This document shows, in pieces, positions 16,030-29,363 of a stretch of 64,000 bases of DNA (positions within the stretch are counted from its first letter, which is position 1; the number at the start of each line of letters is the position of its first letter). Under the pieces are notes generated by a model that worked only from the letters and a program-made list of their open reading frames with translations, ran no database searches and was not told the origin of the DNA. Made by a program: the position numbers and the translations under genes. Source of the stretch: Eledone cirrhosa (lineage: Eukaryota); NCBI GenBank assembly GCA_964016885.1, contig OZ024740.1, positions 309,628,001 through 309,692,000 on the forward strand. The letters run 5' to 3'.

Positions 16030-16830
16030 CAGAGAGAGAGAGAACCAATGTACTCAAAACATGCTGATTCAATGTCACCCAGGAAAGAAAATATTTCACT
16101 GTAAATCTGAATCTGCCTCAAAGGTTTACTTCAAATGAATTGTTTCTAGGTAAATGTCTTCGGTTTCTATTTAACTTTCCCTTTTATTTTTTTCTTCATT
16201 ACCATAAATATTTGTTTTTCGCAGCGAAGCGAACGATATATTTATTTTATTTTCCGAGATGACTAATATCAATACCTCATCTAGGCAACGGTTTCTCATA
16301 TTTGATGTGTTGTTGAAACAAACTTTCGATCATGTTTTCAAATTATAGTAGAGTGTTCCGAATGGACAGTATCATATACATATTCTCACCTCTCTTCCTA
16401 CGTCTATCGTTTCTCTGTATTTCTAAGAATTTCTCTTTGTTCTCAATGAATATGGATATTGAATTGAGGCATACAGATACGAGGAAATGCACACACACAT
16501 ATATGAGTGTGATTTCGCATACGTATTTATGTAATTATTCTGATGGTAAGAAACTATTTTCATGTCTTTCTAAATACTATTTTTCATGTATCCTTCATGA
16601 AACCTTAAGTAGTGAATTACTTAAATTTCACGCTTTATTGTCACAATATGACCAAATCTACTGAATCTACTTAAGTACATTCTTATTAATCTGATGATTA
16701 TTTGGTTGGCAACACCATTTATTTCTTAAATAAGGAGAGTTAACAAAATTATCGCAACCTTTAGAATTTTAAGATCAACATAAGATTTCTTTAAGTGTAG
16801 ATATGTTATAAACACTATTTATTATACAAG

Positions 16831-17018
16831 GGCGGTGGATTGGCAATATCGGTAGAGGGTCGGACGCCATGCTTTGCAGCAAAGAGTTACGCCCCTTTAC
16901 GGTCTGAGTTCAAATCTAGCCGAGGTTAACTTTGCCTTTCATCCTTACGGGGTCGATAAAAGAAAGTACCAGTAATGTACTGGGATAATTGCTGGCCATG
17001 TGCCAAAAGTAGAAACAA
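16831..17018 (+). mobile_element. tRNA-derived SINE, full length
   Basis: Head ggcggtggattggc..tcggtagag (A-box-like), gagttcaaatc (B-box), central gcctttcatccttacggggtcgataaa, tail gctggcc..gtgcc..agtagaaacaa. Confidence 0.85.
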
Positions 17019-17631
17019 CTATTTATTATACAAAGTTTGTGCAAAGCATTTCGAACGTCAAGTCCCGGCTGGAATAAACGTTAACATTAAATACATCACA
17101 ATTCACCATCGGACTTTGAACTATAATTGCAGTTTATTGTGCATTGGATTCGTTTTGTATCAATTGCTTATTAGTATACCACGTACAGTCATATAGTTTA
17201 TTCCAGCAATGGTTGTTTAAAATTAAAAAAATGACATATATATTTTGTAAAAATATCAATATAGGATTGAATGTATTTCTGTTCGATAAAAGTAATATTA
17301 GATAAAACCATATTTACAACTCTAAAATATAAATTTTGATGTTATACATTGGATTAGAATTTCCATGTAGTATATTCTCTTCTTTGTTATTGTAGTTTAA
17401 GTATAAGTGTCTAATTACTAGATACCTGAAAAATGCTATGAAGATAAAGATTATGTGTGAGTTACCTCACCGGTAAACTCATGTATTTATCGTTAGCGTT
17501 GAGGGCAATACTAAATAATTGTTTCTACTTTAGGCACAAGGCCAGCAATTACCCGGTGCATTTAACCAAAACAGATTCAAGAATGTCAAAAGAATGAAAA
17601 TAGAAACAGGTGCATCAAATTTAGAAAGATA

Positions 17632-17837
17632 ATAATTTCTACAATAAGCACAAGTCTAGCAATTTGCGGGGATGGGAAAGTCGATTAAATTGTCTTCAGC
17701 GCATTACTTGTACTTTATTTTATCGACCCCGTCAGGATGAAAGGCAAAGCTAACGTCGGAGGAATTTGAACCCATAACGTAAAGGGACGTAACTCTATGT
17801 CGCAAAGCATGGTGTCTGACGCTCTACCGATACTGCC
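17632..17837 (-). mobile_element. tRNA-derived SINE (long-tail variant)
   Basis: Reverse complement of the same family. Confidence 0.8.
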
Positions 17838-18095
17838 GGTGAAAAACTCAAGTTTCATTATATTGCAAATGAGAATCCAAATAATCCCATGAGCATTGCT
17901 TTCAGTTGTATGCCTACACATATGACAACCCTCTATAAACAAAATAATTAGATAAGGGATATAGCTATACAGTTGCTAATTTCGACTACTTTTAATCAAT
18001 AGAATGTAATTAAATGAACTATTGAAGAATATACGTTACAATTAATGTAAACATATGTTTATCACTATGGATATCGAAACTAAAACAATATAATT

Positions 18096-18262
18096 AATTG
18101 TTTCTACTTTAGGCACAAGGCCAGCAATTACCCAGTGCATTACTGGTACTTTATTTTATCGACCCCGTAAGGATGAAAGGCAAAGTCAACCTCGGCGGGA
18201 TTTGAACTCAGATCGTAAAGGGACGTAACTCTTCTGGAAAGCATGGCGACCGATACTGCCAA
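18096..18262 (-). mobile_element. tRNA-derived SINE
   Basis: Reverse complement of the same family. Confidence 0.85.
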
Positions 18263-18398
18263 TTAATGAATTTAGTTAACATTAAATACGAGGCAATATA
18301 ACTTTCATCAGAATGAAAACAAATATTTAAAATAAACAAACGCTTACATAAACAAAATAATAACTCGCACAGATTTCTCAATGTTCCTTTATATAATA

Positions 18399-19542
18399 CT
18401 AGCAGCAGTAACCAGCGTTGCCTGGGTAGGTAAAATAATATCTGCTTTGATGAGAAGGTGTTGATCTTAGCGACTGCTTCTCGATGACTCATCTATGGCC
18501 ACACACACAGGCCATGCGGGGGAGGGTGGTGATGAGCTCTATCACTGAGAAACGCGGGTGACTGACGAAGGGGCATGCTGGGGGAGGGAGGTAATGACCT
18601 CTAACACTAAGCCAAATTTCCTCACGCTACTTGATTGGTAACCGATGAATTCTCAAATACACAACTAAAAGCTCAAACGACGTCAGTGGCCATCGTTTTG
18701 CCTTTTACCGTCTATAAGATGTGCAATCATGGGTTCTATCGTAGTATAAAAATTGAACCAAATAAATTGATTTATGTGTGAGGTGGAGCCGAAGTTTCGA
18801 ATTTGAACGAAATCGGTTGAAAAATGTGGGAACTAATGAAAGGTCGCCGTCCCTGAACAAAAAATGCAAAGTGTAAAGCTACTATAAGATGTACAATAAT
18901 AGGTTCTATCATATTATAAAAGTTGAACCAAATAAATTGATTAATATGTGAGGTGGAGCCGAAGTTTCGAATTTGAACGAAATCGGTTGAAAAATGTGGG
19001 AGCTAGAGGCGAAAAGGCAGAAATTTGAGCGAAAAGGTGGTATTTTCGAATATTTAAGCGGCTGCTACGTCGTTCCTGAACAAAAATTCCAAAATGTAAA
19101 GCCACTTTAAGACGTGAAATAATCAGATCTAGTGTAGTGTAAAATTTAAAGAAAGTATGTTGATTAATGTGGGAGCTAGAGCCGAAAAAGTGGAAATTGG
19201 AGTCTAAAAGTAGTATTTTTGAATATTTAAGCGGCTGTCACGCCGTCCCTGAACAAGAAATGCAAAATATAAAGCCATTACAGTATGTGCAATGATAAAT
19301 TCTATTTTGCTTTAAAATTTGAACGAAATCGGTGGCAAAATGTGGGAGCTAGAGCCCAAAATCTTATTTTATCTGCAGAATGACCCCGGAATAATAAAAA
19401 AAAACCATGCGCTGATATATAGAAAACACTCCCCGATGACTAATCTATGAGCCTGTAAAGTTTCATGAAAATCGGTCGTAAGATGTAGGCCCCTATAGGT
19501 AATACACAGACACACACATACTTAATTTTATATATATACAGA
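18399..19542 (-). mobile_element. Non-autonomous Helitron with internal tandem repeats
   Basis: On the minus strand: 5' TC(tgtatatat), 3' hairpin plus CTAG, inserted between A and T. Internal repeats of about 170 bp (aatttgaacgaaatcggttgaaaaatgtggga). Confidence 0.65.
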
Positions 19543-19674
19543 TGTTATATATATTTAAAATATATATAACATCTGTAAATATAATATATTATATTATATA
19601 TATATATTTAATATATATCATATATACATAATATATATTACATATATATATTTAATATATATTATATATATATA

Positions 19675-20668
19675 CTAGCATTAAAGCCCGGCGTTGCTCG
19701 GGGTCATTAAGTTACCAAAGTTAGGTTGCACCACCCATTTTATGGCAGCACTTTTTTGTCTGCCAGGCACTGGGTGAATGAATTGCAGATCTGGAAGCAT
19801 GAGCTGCGCCAGCAGTGACAATTGTAGTTTCGCCTATGGATATTATCTCTGTGCAAAAAGTGTTGAAATTTATTGTTTCACAGTACTTGCGCAACACGCG
19901 CGTAGACGATGCCAACCGAACAACAGAGCTGCGATGGAGTTGTTCTACATGGTTGTCTGTGTGTTTTCTAAATTTAAGACAGTAGGGAGGGTTGTGATAT
20001 GGGGGAGAGTTAGCTGCTGTTTCTAGCAGGTTTAGTGACCTCATAGAAGATATGTTTTCTAAATTTAAGACAGTAGGGAGGGGTGTGATATGGGGGAGAG
20101 TTAGCTGCTGTTTCTAGCAGGTTTAGTGACCTCATAGAAGATATGTTTTCTAAATTTAAGACAGTAGGGAGTGGTGTGATATGGGGGAGAGTTAGCTGCT
20201 GTTTCTAGCAGGTTTAGTAACCTCATAGAGGATATGTGTTTTCTAAATTTAAGACAGTAGGGAGTGGTGTGGGGAGGGGTGTGATATGGGGGAGAGTTAG
20301 CTGCTGTTTCTAGCAGGTTTAGTAACCTCATAGAGGATATGTGTTTTCTAAATTTAAGACAGTAGGGAGTGGTGTGAACGGACAGTATCACCATCAAGCT
20401 TGGAAAGAGAAAGTAGCAGAAAGTATGAAGTTGTATACATTTTGAATGGTAGTAGAAAGTGTTCAGCAGTTTAAATGAGAGAGAAAAATCGTAAAATATT
20501 GAGTTTTATCTATCTTTTTGCGTAATTGTGGGTGAAATTGAAAAAATTATCTGCGTCAAGACGCAATCGAAGCTATTTCGAATGCTGAATTGTAAATTTC
20601 AATTGAAGAAATTCTATATCATAGATTTCTATAACGAACGAGCATGACCACACACTGAGCTTTATAGA
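19675..20668 (-). mobile_element. Non-autonomous Helitron
   Basis: actagca..cccggcgttgctcggg is the reverse complement of a cccgagcaacgccggg hairpin plus CTAG; 5' end near tttatagat. Confidence 0.65.
19961..20376. repeat. Minisatellite, about 91-bp unit, about 4.3 copies
   Basis: Unit tgttttctaaatttaagacagtagggag..gtgatatgggggagagttagctgctgtttctagcaggtttagtgacctcatagaagata starting near 19962, 20053, 20144, 20237 and 20342. Confidence 0.95.
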
Positions 20669-21372
20669 TTATGATATAGACAGAAGAAAGCATTGTCCTG
20701 ACGAGAATCATTTAAGTTCGAATGAATAATATTTTATATATTCTATAAAACTCCTATTAAAAAAAATGTTTTTCTTCTTTTTTCAATAATTGTTTCTACT
20801 TTTGGCACAAGACCATCAATTAATCCAGTGCATTACTGGTGCTTTGACACATTGAACTCCCCATTAAATACCCACCCATTAAACACGCACATCAAATATG
20901 CCACCAGGACCATTATTATGAATGATAAGATCATTTTATATTTTTAACCAAGTTAATTCAATTGAATCCTGACTGGTTGAACCCTACTTCCACCTTCGCC
21001 ACCATACCTTCTTGAAGAACATATACAAAAAAAATATTTTGACAGATAATTCACATATATTCAAGCTGCTCAAAGAACATATGAAAAAAACTTTAAAATA
21101 TTTTCTTATACCAATCGAAACCGATTATTATTAGATTATTCATTCTGTCGGATTAAAGAAAAAAATAATCTTTAAATATACTGTGCCTTTTCACCTTTAC
21201 TTTTTTACTATAACTATATATATATGTACATATATATGCATATGTATATCTAAAGTCTAAAGTCTGTCTTAAGCCAGAAGGCTCATTTGGTCGGTGCTTA
21301 TCTCGGTTTCATGGCGTGAAACGACAGAGAGTACAAGACCCCCCCCCCTGGACAGCACACCATTCCATCGCA

Positions 21373-21555
21373 GGATTGGCAGTATTGGTAGAGGGTCGGA
21401 CGCCATGCTTTGCAGCATAGAGTTGCCACTCTTTATGATCTGAGTTCAAATCCCGGCGAGGTTAACTTTGCCTTTCATCCTTACGGGGTCGATAAAATAA
21501 AGTACCAGTAATACACTGGGATAATTGCTGGCCTTGTGCCAAAGTAGAAACAATT
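21373..21555 (+). mobile_element. tRNA-derived SINE
   Basis: Family consensus motifs. Confidence 0.85.
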
Positions 21556-21568
21556 AATAGTAATATTC

Positions 21569-22027
21569 GATTCGTTTGCAATTATGCGAACAGCCTCTTT
21601 AAGCCATGTAAATAGAATGACTCCATCATTCTTGCTCATGTGTTGGCATATAAACAGTACGGAAGACACTAATGCTTCTGGGCGATTGCCCTTCATCAGT
21701 ACCGTATACGGCTTACCTGCCAACTGTCAGAGCTAGAGAAAATATATGATATTTTCTGGAATATACAGTGACTGATCTGCCGGATTTGCATATTAGCAGA
21801 CCCACTGATCATCCAGATTTGCATATCAGCAGATAGGCCAGTCAGTTTCATGTATACGAATGATTTGACAGTTGGCAGGTAAGTAATATACGGTGCTTAT
21901 GAAGAGTAATCACCCAGAAACATTAGTGCCTGGGCGTTCTGTTTATATGTCAACACAACAAGAAGAATGACGGGGTCATCCTACTTACATGGCTTAAATA
22001 GGCTGTTTGCATAATTGCAAACGAATC
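21569..22027. repeat. Diverged 160-bp inverted repeat with an HHR motif in each arm
   Basis: Arms 21569-21729 and 21866-22027. HHR on minus at 21661-21703 (ggta-CTGATGA-agggc(aatc)gccca-GAAG-ca(ttag)tg-TC) and a degenerate plus copy at 21892-21934. Confidence 0.7.
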
Positions 22028-22718
22028 AAATTACATTTCTTATATATATATATATATATATATATACAGACAAACACACATGACACACTCATGTTGGGTT
22101 AACTTACTTAGGCGTTCAGAATTCCTTAACATTGAAAAAATGCGCATAAAGCGCCAATTTTCCTTTGTGGAGGAAAATTGACGATGCAGCCTTTGATGTG
22201 GAAGAGTTTTAAGTTGAAAGCAGTAGGCAGCTGTATGATTGAAGGATAGCATGGCACTATTGCTCAATTCGCTCAAATGTCATAATGTAGTTTTTTCATC
22301 CATGGACGGCTTATCCCTGAATGTGTCTTTTGAAGTGTGTGTTCATTACAGGCATGGAAGATATACTGGATGGAAAGTTGCAACGTGTTTAACAAATCGA
22401 TTGACAGCCAATGTGTCTAAAAATGAATCTTTCACTCATTTAATGAATGATGTGATAACTACCTCTATATATTATGAACTCCAGTATAACGATGTATCTG
22501 CTTTTTCACAGATTGATTCCATATATCTATCCAAAAGACCGGGGATGTGATGTTACTATTTCCCTACCTATCTAGGACGGTATTCGCTCAAATACTGAAT
22601 TGACTTACAGGTATGATCACCGATAGTTGAGATATATTGATCACCAATAGTTGCGATATATTCCATATATATATTTTTTTCCCGATACATATTCTCTTCA
22701 TTATATTATTTTATATTT

Positions 22719-22833
22719 TGAGTTCAAATCCCGCTGAGGTTAACTTTGCCTTTTATCCTTACGGGGTCGATAAAATAAAGTACCAGTAATGCACTGGGTA
22801 ATTGCTGGCCTTGTGCCAAAAGTAGAAACAATT
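22719..22833 (+). mobile_element. 5'-truncated SINE
   Basis: Begins at gagttcaaatcccgc. Confidence 0.8.
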
Positions 22834-23241
22834 ATATTATTTTATTAATATGTATTTTTATTCCGGCTTTTAAATTTATTATATAACTTTTGTGACATTT
22901 TTATTTTGATACTTTATAAGATATGGTTTGTATCAATTACAATGTTGTTAATATACTCCAATGAACAGAGCTATATCTCGAGTTACATACAGTGTTATAC
23001 AATCTGTCGAACCAGCGATCTTCCGTAATCGTATTCACGTGGTAGCAATGCGTTTGTACATTTTATCCTGTTCTTGTCTCGTTAGTATGGTGAATGTGAG
23101 GTCACACTGATTTCTATCAATTGGTGAGATCAATCAATTTCCTACTGCATTTCATGGTGTGCGCACCTACACATAGTCACACACATAACAATACGTAAAC
23201 ATACATAAACACACGTGAACACACGTAAACACACATAAACA

Positions 23242-23302
<61 letters not shown>

Positions 23303-23355
23303 AAGGGAGGGAGAGAGAGAGATAAAGGGATAGAGAGAGAGCGAGAGGGAGAGAA

Positions 23356-23388
<33 letters not shown>

Positions 23389-24059
23389 AAGAGAGAGAGA
23401 CTCATTCTCTCTTCATTTATCTTTTCACATACATGCACACTCAAACATATATATATATATGTGTGTGTGTGTGGGTGTGTGTGTATGTATATGTGTTAGC
23501 GGAATATAAAGCAGTTTCAATAAAACATATTAAACACACAAAGAACGAACAAGTTGTTTACTATATTATTTTGTGTGTTTTATAAGTCCTTGTTCCATCA
23601 TACGGATACACGTATTTCTTGTCATTCTCGTAAAACTATCTGATCAATAAATAGCAATTTACCGCACCAAGGATAACTATGAATACGGGTGTATTTTTCG
23701 ATTTATGTTTAACAATACTGATTTGATAGCTCTCCCATGTTGCTTTAGAAAATTATTACAAATTGTAAAGTGTAAAGCTCCAGCTTAGGTAGAAGCCGGG
23801 TCTAGGAAGTCAAAATATAGTTTTATCGCTAGTATTTTCGAACCATTTGATGTCGATAAATATCTGACAATAAAAAGGTGTGTTCTGTTTCGTCTTATTC
23901 TCTTACTTTAAAATCTCAGTGGCTGTTTCAATTTAGGAGGAAAACCATCGCTATATGAGAATAAAATAAGGTATTAGCCTGCGTCTAAACTTTAAAGCTC
24001 TCACCAGGCTTATTGCATTAAACTGTCGAGCAATTGATACAAATTTCAGTAAACTATAC

Positions 24060-25045
24060 GCATAGACACACGTATATAATTGCAACCACACGTTGGGAAA
24101 AGGTTTTTTGTTGAGGTTTCCTTGGAATTATGATTTTTCGTGTTGTCTTATGTTGTGTGTGTGTTGTGTGTGTTGTGTGTGCGTGTGTGTGTTTTGTGTG
24201 TGTTTTGTGTGTGTTGTGTGTGTGTGGTTGCAAATATATAGGTTTATGGAATCAGAAATAGATACCTAATAGCTAAGTACAACACAAAACAATGTTATAC
24301 CACATGTATCAACATTCAACCCCTAAAATATCGAAATATTTGACCATTACCGCAAAAACCTTGCTATTTTATTTGAACAAGAAAAAATGAAAACAGTTCT
24401 AGAAACACACAAAATCAAGAAGAGTAAAAGACAGCCCAAAACACTAAAACATATCCTTACTTGGGCAAAAACTCACAAACAAAATCCCAATATTTAAAAA
24501 AATGGGGAAGAACAAATTATGGTACCTGCTTATACCTAAGTGAAGGACCAGCATTACAATTTAAGGATAGACAAACCTCCGGATTAAAAGAAAGTTTCAC
24601 CTGCAATACATGCAGTACTTGTCTGCAAAATTACATAGGGAAGACAAGAATATCATAACGCAAAAGTGCAACCATACACCATCAAAATCCCGTGTGGAAA
24701 ACGCAAAACAAATTACAAATCCTGCAACATGTGCAGGATTATACCTAACTTGAAAGTGTTCCCATTCAACAAATGCTCAGAATAATTCACTAAAAAACAG
24801 GGAATGAATAAAGAAAACATTAATAAATATAAACTAAAATAAAATATGTAATTGTCCCACATTAGACAATAAATAGTGACATATAGATGGGAATAAGCAA
24901 TTTATACATACGTATATGCAAACCTAAACATTTGCAAGCACACATACACATATACATGGACATACACTCACACACTCCAAGACATAATACAAGATAAAAG
25001 GGAAAATCATAGCCTCAAGGAAACCTCTACAAAAAAGCCTATTTT
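24060..25045 (+). mobile_element. Old Penelope-like element remnant with inverted terminal segment
   Basis: Decayed YVSTFNP..KSKRQPKTLKHILT..ESFTCN..C..NYIGKT motifs; 24098-24138 is roughly the reverse complement of 25003-25046. Confidence 0.55.
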
Positions 25046-25166
25046 CCTTTCTTTTTCTTCTTCCACGAATCATTCAGCAACCCATTCTTTGTACCCCCAA
25101 GTATCACTTTCAATCAGGTTTACACCTATATTTGTATATTCATTTTCATTTCACTTAGTATTATTT

Positions 25167-25337
25167 TCGGTAGAGGGTCGGACGCCATGCTTTGACGCAT
25201 AGAGTTACGGCCCTTGCCATTCTGAGTTCAAATCCTGCCGAGGTTAACTTTGCCTTTCATCCTTACGGGGTCGATAAGACAAAGTACCAGTAATGTACTG
25301 AGTAATTGCTGGCCTTGTGCCCAAAATAGAAACAATT
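25167..25337 (+). mobile_element. tRNA-derived SINE
   Basis: Family consensus motifs. Confidence 0.85.
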
Positions 25338-25640
25338 ATTTTTATCTGCAAACCCTAAATATAATCTTGATCTCTTGACACAAGGGAACCCCACGTACAC
25401 TCACATGCACACCCCACCACAAGACAAAAGAAAAATTCTCTACCCCCTCAGCTACCTTTAGCTACTTTCACAAACCCTGAAAATAACTTGACCGTAAAAT
25501 GGTACTCAATACGTCGATAGAGTATAGGCATCTTTATTGTATATAGAAATCATTTATAGAAGAGTAGAATGCTTTCATTCTCATGAAATCATCACAGGAC
25601 ATACGAATATTCATATATATTCATATATATTCATATATAT

Positions 25641-25788
<148 letters not shown>

Positions 25789-25869
25789 ACACGAGTTATA
25801 ATTGTTTCAAGATACAAAAATTACTTATACATTAGACATTTATAAATGCGAAGCGAAAGATGACTACTT

Positions 25870-26170
25870 TATTGGGATATGTGTCAAAATCATATTGTCT
25901 TAACTCATCTTAATTTTCAGGTATAGCTACACTCCTACTACCGATATGAATAATGTGATAAGGAGAAATGTATGCTTACATATAATGTAGATTAAATTCT
26001 TTAATTATATCCCAATATCTATTAACAATTGTTGAATCTTATCCTGCAAACTGTTGACAAATCCCTGACAGTGATAATTGACCAAGTTACACAATTTCGA
26101 ATCTGTACAAGTACCATAATTATTTTCTTCCGTGATGTTGTTAATTATAAAATGCATCTGGTTTTATTCC
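25870..26170 (-). pseudogene. Possible decayed GPCR remnant (ECL1-TM3-TM4)
   Basis: ..TDSKLCNLVNY..QLLIDIGI*..IICKH..LLITLFISVVGV*. Confidence 0.3.
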
Positions 26171-28983
26171 ATTTCATGCAAAGCAAGAAAATGTAACTTC
26201 CATTTATATAATTGTCATATTTTGAGCATTTAAATAGAAAACAAACGTTGGTCAATTTCTAGGATTCAATTGAAAAAACCTCAGGATCTAATTGTTAAAC
26301 GAAATTAGTAATTGATTGAAAACAGGCGTTTGAAATTCTAACCGGTGTTACGAATCAATACTTAAACATAACTTAATATTCCAATACATTAGTTAATTTT
26401 ATTTGTAAGAATGCCCACATTTCATGCGGAGGTTTATTATTGACCTACATAAAATTCTCTACAACACGAACAATAGAAAAAATAGATTTTTATATTTTTC
26501 ATTCCTAACCGCATGATACCCTTTTAGTTTAGGATGAAAGCCTAAGTATAAAGATTTACTTTAGGTTTAGATTCAGTTGGAGTAATCCTATTTCACTTAA
26601 GCTACTGTATGTCTAGGAAAATATAAGACGAGACAGCATTTTTCTAGCCCACGGAACATGGATCTTAGTGACTAGTTAAAATACATCTACATGCTTGTCA
26701 TATCGTGGTTTGATAGAATTGTATGAAATATATAATACATATATCTGAATTTTCCAACTAAAATAAAAGTATATGTCTGATCTTGTGTTTAAATGGGAAA
26801 GTGAGCAGATATAGTCAACTCATTTTACTTTGGATGATGGCGGAAAAATGATTTTAATCTCTAGAGAAATCCCTATCTCATTAAACAAGGGACGATATTA
26901 AAACAAATTACATATAGAGTGTGTAATACTCAAATTATATTGAAGCCAATTCTGGTAATTTCCTTTACTGAAATATGCCACTGCGATTTAAAAGGACCCT
27001 TAAATTTGAATGTATCACGTCATCGTTTTGTGTTTATAAGGAATGTGATATTTGTAAATGGCATGGATTGAAATATCTATTAACCTACCTCCCAGGACAT
27101 AAATAAACATCTAGTTTTATTTGAAGTGCACGTATTCGATGTGGAGTGGCACGTATTTTATTAAAAAATAGCTTATTTGTATCTTGGCCCTTAATTTATC
27201 GACTGTGGAAAGGTGAAAGGGAAAGTGAATTGCATCGCAGAATATGAATACAAAATATTGAAATGCTTTTACATTAATTCATTAGCATGTCGTTAATTCC
27301 CCTGGCGTTTTAGAAATAATCTAGGAATGTTAACGTTGAAAGAAGGCCAACAGTATGTGGGGAGTATATATCTTAAGAATACTTCTTTAAACAGTTCCTA
27401 CGCAAATGCGAACGGCGTATATAATTCTAAGGATTAGAATATGATGTGCTACATTTAGACTTCAATGACGAAACAGACATTAAATTCTCATAACATTATC
27501 ATGTGGTTTGTACGACTTGGATGCATTTTATTGTATTACAGAATGATTACTTTCTACAAAGACGTACAATGAGCTAGTGAATAAGGATAGTTGATTGAAA
27601 AGATCCCAGTATATGAGTGAAACATATTGAGCCAACATTCATTTGGGCGTAATGTAAAACTCATCCACGAGAAGATTTGATGTTAGACGATAAAATGGAG
27701 TGAAATACAATTAAGAATTTAGTTTGAATTTCTACTATGTTTACTATTCATCTGCGTTTTTCTGAATAAATAACACAAAGAATGAGAAATAGAAGAAATA
27801 GAACACAAAAATAAGGAAGATTCTAACTGAAATACAGATAAGAGATAAAAAATAAGGCGCGTTATAGAATAATATATTATTTATATTTTCATTCCAATCA
27901 GATGCAGAAATAGCATTGGGGAAAGCAACAGTGTTGCAAGCTGTAGAGAAGAAACAAAGATATGAATGGAAAGATATCACAATAACATAACCAGCTGGAA
28001 TAACAAAACTGTCAATAGAAACACTGACAATAACAACATTAAAACAATAGATGACATGATTAAGTGAAGGATTTTGAAAAACAAAAACAAAAAAAAAAAT
28101 CAAAAGAAAAATAAAGGATGGGTGGTAACAAAATCAAGCAATAACAAAATAATGCATGTGTGGTGAGATGAAAAATAGCTTCCGGAATGAAATACAAAGG
28201 GGAAGAAAAAAACAACAAAAAAACTAAAAAATTTTTTTATCAAAACAACAGCAAATAAAACAAAGAAACAAGCAGAAAAATTGAAAATAACGGAAGAAGA
28301 AAATGTGAGATAATAGTTACAGAAAGGGAACATAGAAAAAACATGAATATAATGGAAAAGTCCTATAAAGTAGTAAAAGATGAGGATCTCACTCGAACCC
28401 TTTCCCATCCAATAAACAATATGCAAAAAGCGAAATAAAATTTAAGAATGAAGAATGAGTTTCAAGAAATAAACATGAATGACGTATAAAACTGAAATGA
28501 TAAACAAAAAATACACAGAACTCGATACATTTACACGATGGAGCTTGTATACGTGTGTGTAAGTGTTATCGGGTTGCATGAATGTATGTATACAAGTACA
28601 CATATGTATGGGCATATATGTGCTTTTATATATAGTTATGTGATAGACAAGTAACACATAAGTTCATACACATAAGGACACACATAATAATTGTTTCTAC
28701 TTTTGGCACAAGGCCATCAATAACCCAGTACATTACAGGTACTTTATTTTATCGACCTATATAATAATACTGTATATATATATATATATATATATATAGT
28801 TATTATATAGTAAGGTGCATTATTGGTTGTGTAAAATGGTCCAATAACTTTATGTTAGCAATATTAAGTTCTCCACGCTTTTGTATATCTCCAATTCCAT
28901 TCAAGGGAACAGCTAGATGATGTAAAACGGAGTAAAGTATCAAAATGAAAATCCGAAGGCAAGGTAAAATTCAAATCATTTAA

Positions 28984-29057
28984 TCACTACGCATGTTTCA
29001 ATAAGAGATAGATCGATTGTGAAGCCATGATCGATTATCACTGATCTCATCAGGTGA
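28984..29057 (-). ncRNA. Hammerhead ribozyme (inverted pLTR)
   Basis: Reverse complement: tcac-CTGATGA-[long stem II with atcgat/atcgat]-GAAA-c(atgc)g-TA-gtga. Confidence 0.7.
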
Positions 29058-29363
29058 AAATGGATTGTCTTCAAATTGTTGATATGAGGGAGAAAAAATA
29101 ACGATGTTCTCTCACAGAATTCATTCCCTCATATGGAGACACACCAGTCAGAAACACGGCGACTGCTATTAGCTTCAGTTGAGGTCATAAAAGTTTTCAG
29201 ATTTCTAATGCTGCCCTAGACGCTGGACATCAATCAAATCTGTAGGGATATAGTCAGTCACAGTTAAAAGTGAGTGGGTACACACACACTCCACACCCAC
29301 ATACATCGGCTCGATGTAGCAGACGCATAGTGGATACAACCCCGGCTATCGAGGGTAACCCCA

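Noticed and set aside
16831-16925. SINE heads as tRNA genes
   Set aside because: A/B-box-like motifs only; no cloverleaf, and they continue into the SINE body.
19961-20376. Regularly spaced repeats resembling a CRISPR array
   Set aside because: The whole 91-bp unit repeats with no unique spacers, there are no cas genes, and the context is eukaryotic.
20679-20725. gaca..tgtc-CTGACGA-gaa..ttc-GAAT, a possible type III hammerhead
   Set aside because: Lacks GAAA and a stem III; likely chance.
27740-28500. Purine-rich tract, possibly a decayed LINE ORF1 (similar tract on the minus strand at about 51.9-52.5 kb)
   Set aside because: Only a faint PIRC-like motif; too degraded to support a call.
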